Below, one piece after another: positions 62,462 to 64,000 of a stretch of DNA of 64,000 bases. Under the pieces are notes generated by a model. It saw only the letters and a list, made by a program, of their open reading frames with translations. It searched no databases and was not told the DNA's origin. Every line of letters starts with the position of its first letter. The first letter of the stretch is position 1. The DNA lies in the NCBI GenBank assembly GCA_905188025.1, contig CAJJKI010000003.1:1767-65766 (forward strand), read 5' to 3'. Made by a program: the position numbers and the translations under genes. This DNA comes from an uncultured Eubacteriales bacterium. Lineage in GTDB: Bacteria; Bacillota_I; Bacilli_A; RF39; UBA660.

Positions 62462-63802
62462 TTACTTTCCTAGGCAAAATCTTGAGAACATTTCATCAAT
62501 TAACTCTTCTTTATATGTTTTGCCAATTATTTCTCCTAAGAGAGACCAAGCTTCTTTTAGATCTAACTCAACAATATCTATTGGATAAGTTGATATTTTA
62601 TTTAGGCTTTCTTCAATGGTTGATTTGGCTTGTTTTAAAAGAGCTATACTTCTAGCAGAGGTTAAATATGTAGGATCATTAGTAGTTATTTCTTCTAAAT
62701 TAAATAGTTTTATAATTGATTGTTTTAATTCATCTAATCCAATATTATTTTTAAGACTCATTTTGATTACTGACGAGTCATTAATGACAAGATTTGTTGA
62801 TAAGTCTATTTTATTTATGACAATGATATGTTTTTTTGATTTTATTTTATCTAAAAGATCTTGATCTTCTTTAGTTAGTGGTTCATTGTTATTTAATAGA
62901 TATATTACTAAATCTGATGAGTCAATTATTTCATAGCTTTTGGCTACTCCAATTTGTTCTACGAGGTTATCGGTTTTTCTTATGCCTGCTGTATCAATGA
63001 TATTACATACGATGCCATTTAGAATAAATCTTCCTTCAACAATATCGCGAGTAGTACCTTCAATATCAGTAACGATAGCTTTTTGTTCTTCTAAAAGGGC
63101 ATTTAATAGGCTACTTTTGCCAACATTTGGGCGACCAATAATACCTATATTAATACCATCTTTTATTATTTTGCCATCAGTTGATTTATTTAGGATATTG
63201 GTTATTTTTGATAGCAATTTTTTTATTGATGGAGTTATTTTTTCATTTGTTAAAACTTCAATATCATCATATTCTGGATAATCAATGTTAACTTCAATGT
63301 TACTGATGATACTTACTAGATCACTACGCAAGTCTTCGATTAGATTTGAGACACTACCAGTTAATTGATTTATTGATAGTTGTCTACTTATATCACTTTT
63401 GGCTTCGATTAAATTCATAACTCCTTCGGCTTCAGTTAAGTCGATTCGGCCATTTAAGAAAGCTCTTTTGGTAAATTCTCCGGGTTCAGCTAATCTAGCT
63501 CCATTAGTAAGAAGTAACTCTAATACTTTATTAGTAGTACTGATACCACCATGGCAATTTATTTCAATGATATCTTCTTTGGTGAAGGTTTTTGGAGCAA
63601 GCATTATACTGATTAGGACTTCATCTATTATTTTATTTTGATCTATAATATGTCCATAATGAATGGTATGGCTTTTAGCGATAGTTAAATCTTTATCAAA
63701 TATTTTATTAACTATATTTACTGATTCAGGGCCACTTACTCTTATGATGGAGATAGCTCCGACACCTAAAGCAGTAGATATAGCTGCTATTGTATCTTCC
63801 AT
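62462..63802 (-). CDS. mnmE: tRNA modification GTPase MnmE
   Basis: 446 aa. GRPNVGKSSLLN, DTAGIR, NKID and the C-terminal CLGK tetrapeptide. Confidence 0.95.
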   Translation of the reverse strand: MEDTIAAISTALGVGAISIIRVSGPESVNIVNKIFDKDLTIAKSHTIHYGHIIDQNKIIDEVLISIMLAPKTFTKEDIIEINCHGGISTTNKVLELLLTNGARLAEPGEFTKRAFLNGRIDLTEAEGVMNLIEAKSDISRQLSINQLTGSVSNLIEDLRSDLVSIISNIEVNIDYPEYDDIEVLTNEKITPSIKKLLSKITNILNKSTDGKIIKDGINIGIIGRPNVGKSSLLNALLEEQKAIVTDIEGTTRDIVEGRFILNGIVCNIIDTAGIRKTDNLVEQIGVAKSYEIIDSSDLVIYLLNNNEPLTKEDQDLLDKIKSKKHIIVINKIDLSTNLVINDSSVIKMSLKNNIGLDELKQSIIKLFNLEEITTNDPTYLTSARSIALLKQAKSTIEESLNKISTYPIDIVELDLKEAWSLLGEIIGKTYKEELIDEMFSRFCLGK

Positions 63803-63862
63803 GTTATCCTTCCTTTCTTTTTATACAGGTGTTTTTTTCTTTACCAAGATATTTTACCACAG

Positions 63863-63902
63863 AATAAAGAAAAAAGATATAATTATTTTTTCATTATATC
63901 TT
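63863..63902 (-). terminator. Intrinsic terminator after jag
   Basis: Minus strand reads AAGATATAAT-gaaaaaata-ATTATATCTT followed by TTTTCTTTATT. An extended -10 element (TGgTAAAAT) follows before mnmE. Confidence 0.5.
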
Positions 63903-63910
63903 TTTATATT

Positions 63911-64000
63911 TTAGATTTCTTTTGGTTTTATAACAACGCATCTATTTGGTTCTTCGCCAACGGATTCAGTATAAACATATTTATCATTAGCTAGAGTGCT
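63911..64000 (-). CDS. jag: Jag/KhpB (R3H domain) protein, last 29 codons; 5' part lies beyond the right window edge
   Basis: My minus-strand translation gives STLANDKYVYTESVGEEPNRCVVIKPKEI*, the typical Jag C-terminus (S.G.EPNRRVVI.P). Positioned upstream of mnmE. Confidence 0.7.
   Translation of the reverse strand, partial: STLANDKYVYTESVGEEPNRCVVIKPKEI

Noticed and set aside
1-64000. CRISPR arrays, IS elements/transposases, integrases, rRNA genes and an alternative genetic code (UGA=Trp, as in Mollicutes)
   Set aside because: No regularly spaced repeats and no transposase or integrase-like ORFs were seen. TGA clearly terminates well-conserved genes (for example 13310..14554 and the DUF1934 gene), and Trp is encoded by TGG.

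Overview
This is 64 kb of a very AT-rich Firmicutes chromosome (roughly 30% GC by eye). It uses the standard code: TGA closes ORFs and Trp is TGG. It is densely packed with housekeeping genes. The combination of rpoE (RNA polymerase delta subunit) with spoIVA, sigH, a CotD-family gene and a SpoVIF-like gene suggests an endospore-forming member of the Bacilli/Erysipelotrichia side; that is inference only, since no search was possible. Both window ends carry classical origin-proximal minus-strand neighbourhoods: dnaB-rplI and rpsR-ssb-rpsF-der-engB on the left, rsmG-mnmG-mnmE-jag plus a ParB-like gene on the right. The middle is a mostly plus-strand block: ffh, rimP-nusA-ylxR-infB-rbfA-nrnA-truB, sufB, asnS, PFOR, mrnC-rlmB-sigH, uvrA, spoIVA and hup. 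RNA features are tRNA-Gly(GCC), tRNA-Arg(ACG), a SAM riboswitch before metK and many intrinsic terminators. I saw no CRISPR array, rRNA, transposase or integrase. No clear novel multi-gene system stands out, and none of the unusual items could be assigned a function from sequence alone. The items most worth a second look are listed here. (1) A 2.5 kb islet abuts the 3' end of an atypical tRNA-Gly and holds a dead XRE repressor, a CGAAC/GTTCG palindrome and four unassignable small proteins with recycled stop/SD junctions. (2) A 250-aa internally repetitive protein is translationally coupled to infB in the slot before rbfA. (3) An orphan ParB-like protein (no ParA nearby) has a 220-aa disordered tail carrying three TPLF motifs and is flanked by twin hairpins. 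(4) An activase-less DUF2229 / dehydratase-D-like gene pair sits next to two tandem VUT transporters and a CI-like S24 repressor. (5) A second SSB has a lysine tail instead of the acidic tip. (6) The DUF1934 gene appears to start at AUA. (7) RimP is a one-domain, 84-aa version. All family calls rest on motifs I recognise by eye and need HMM confirmation.
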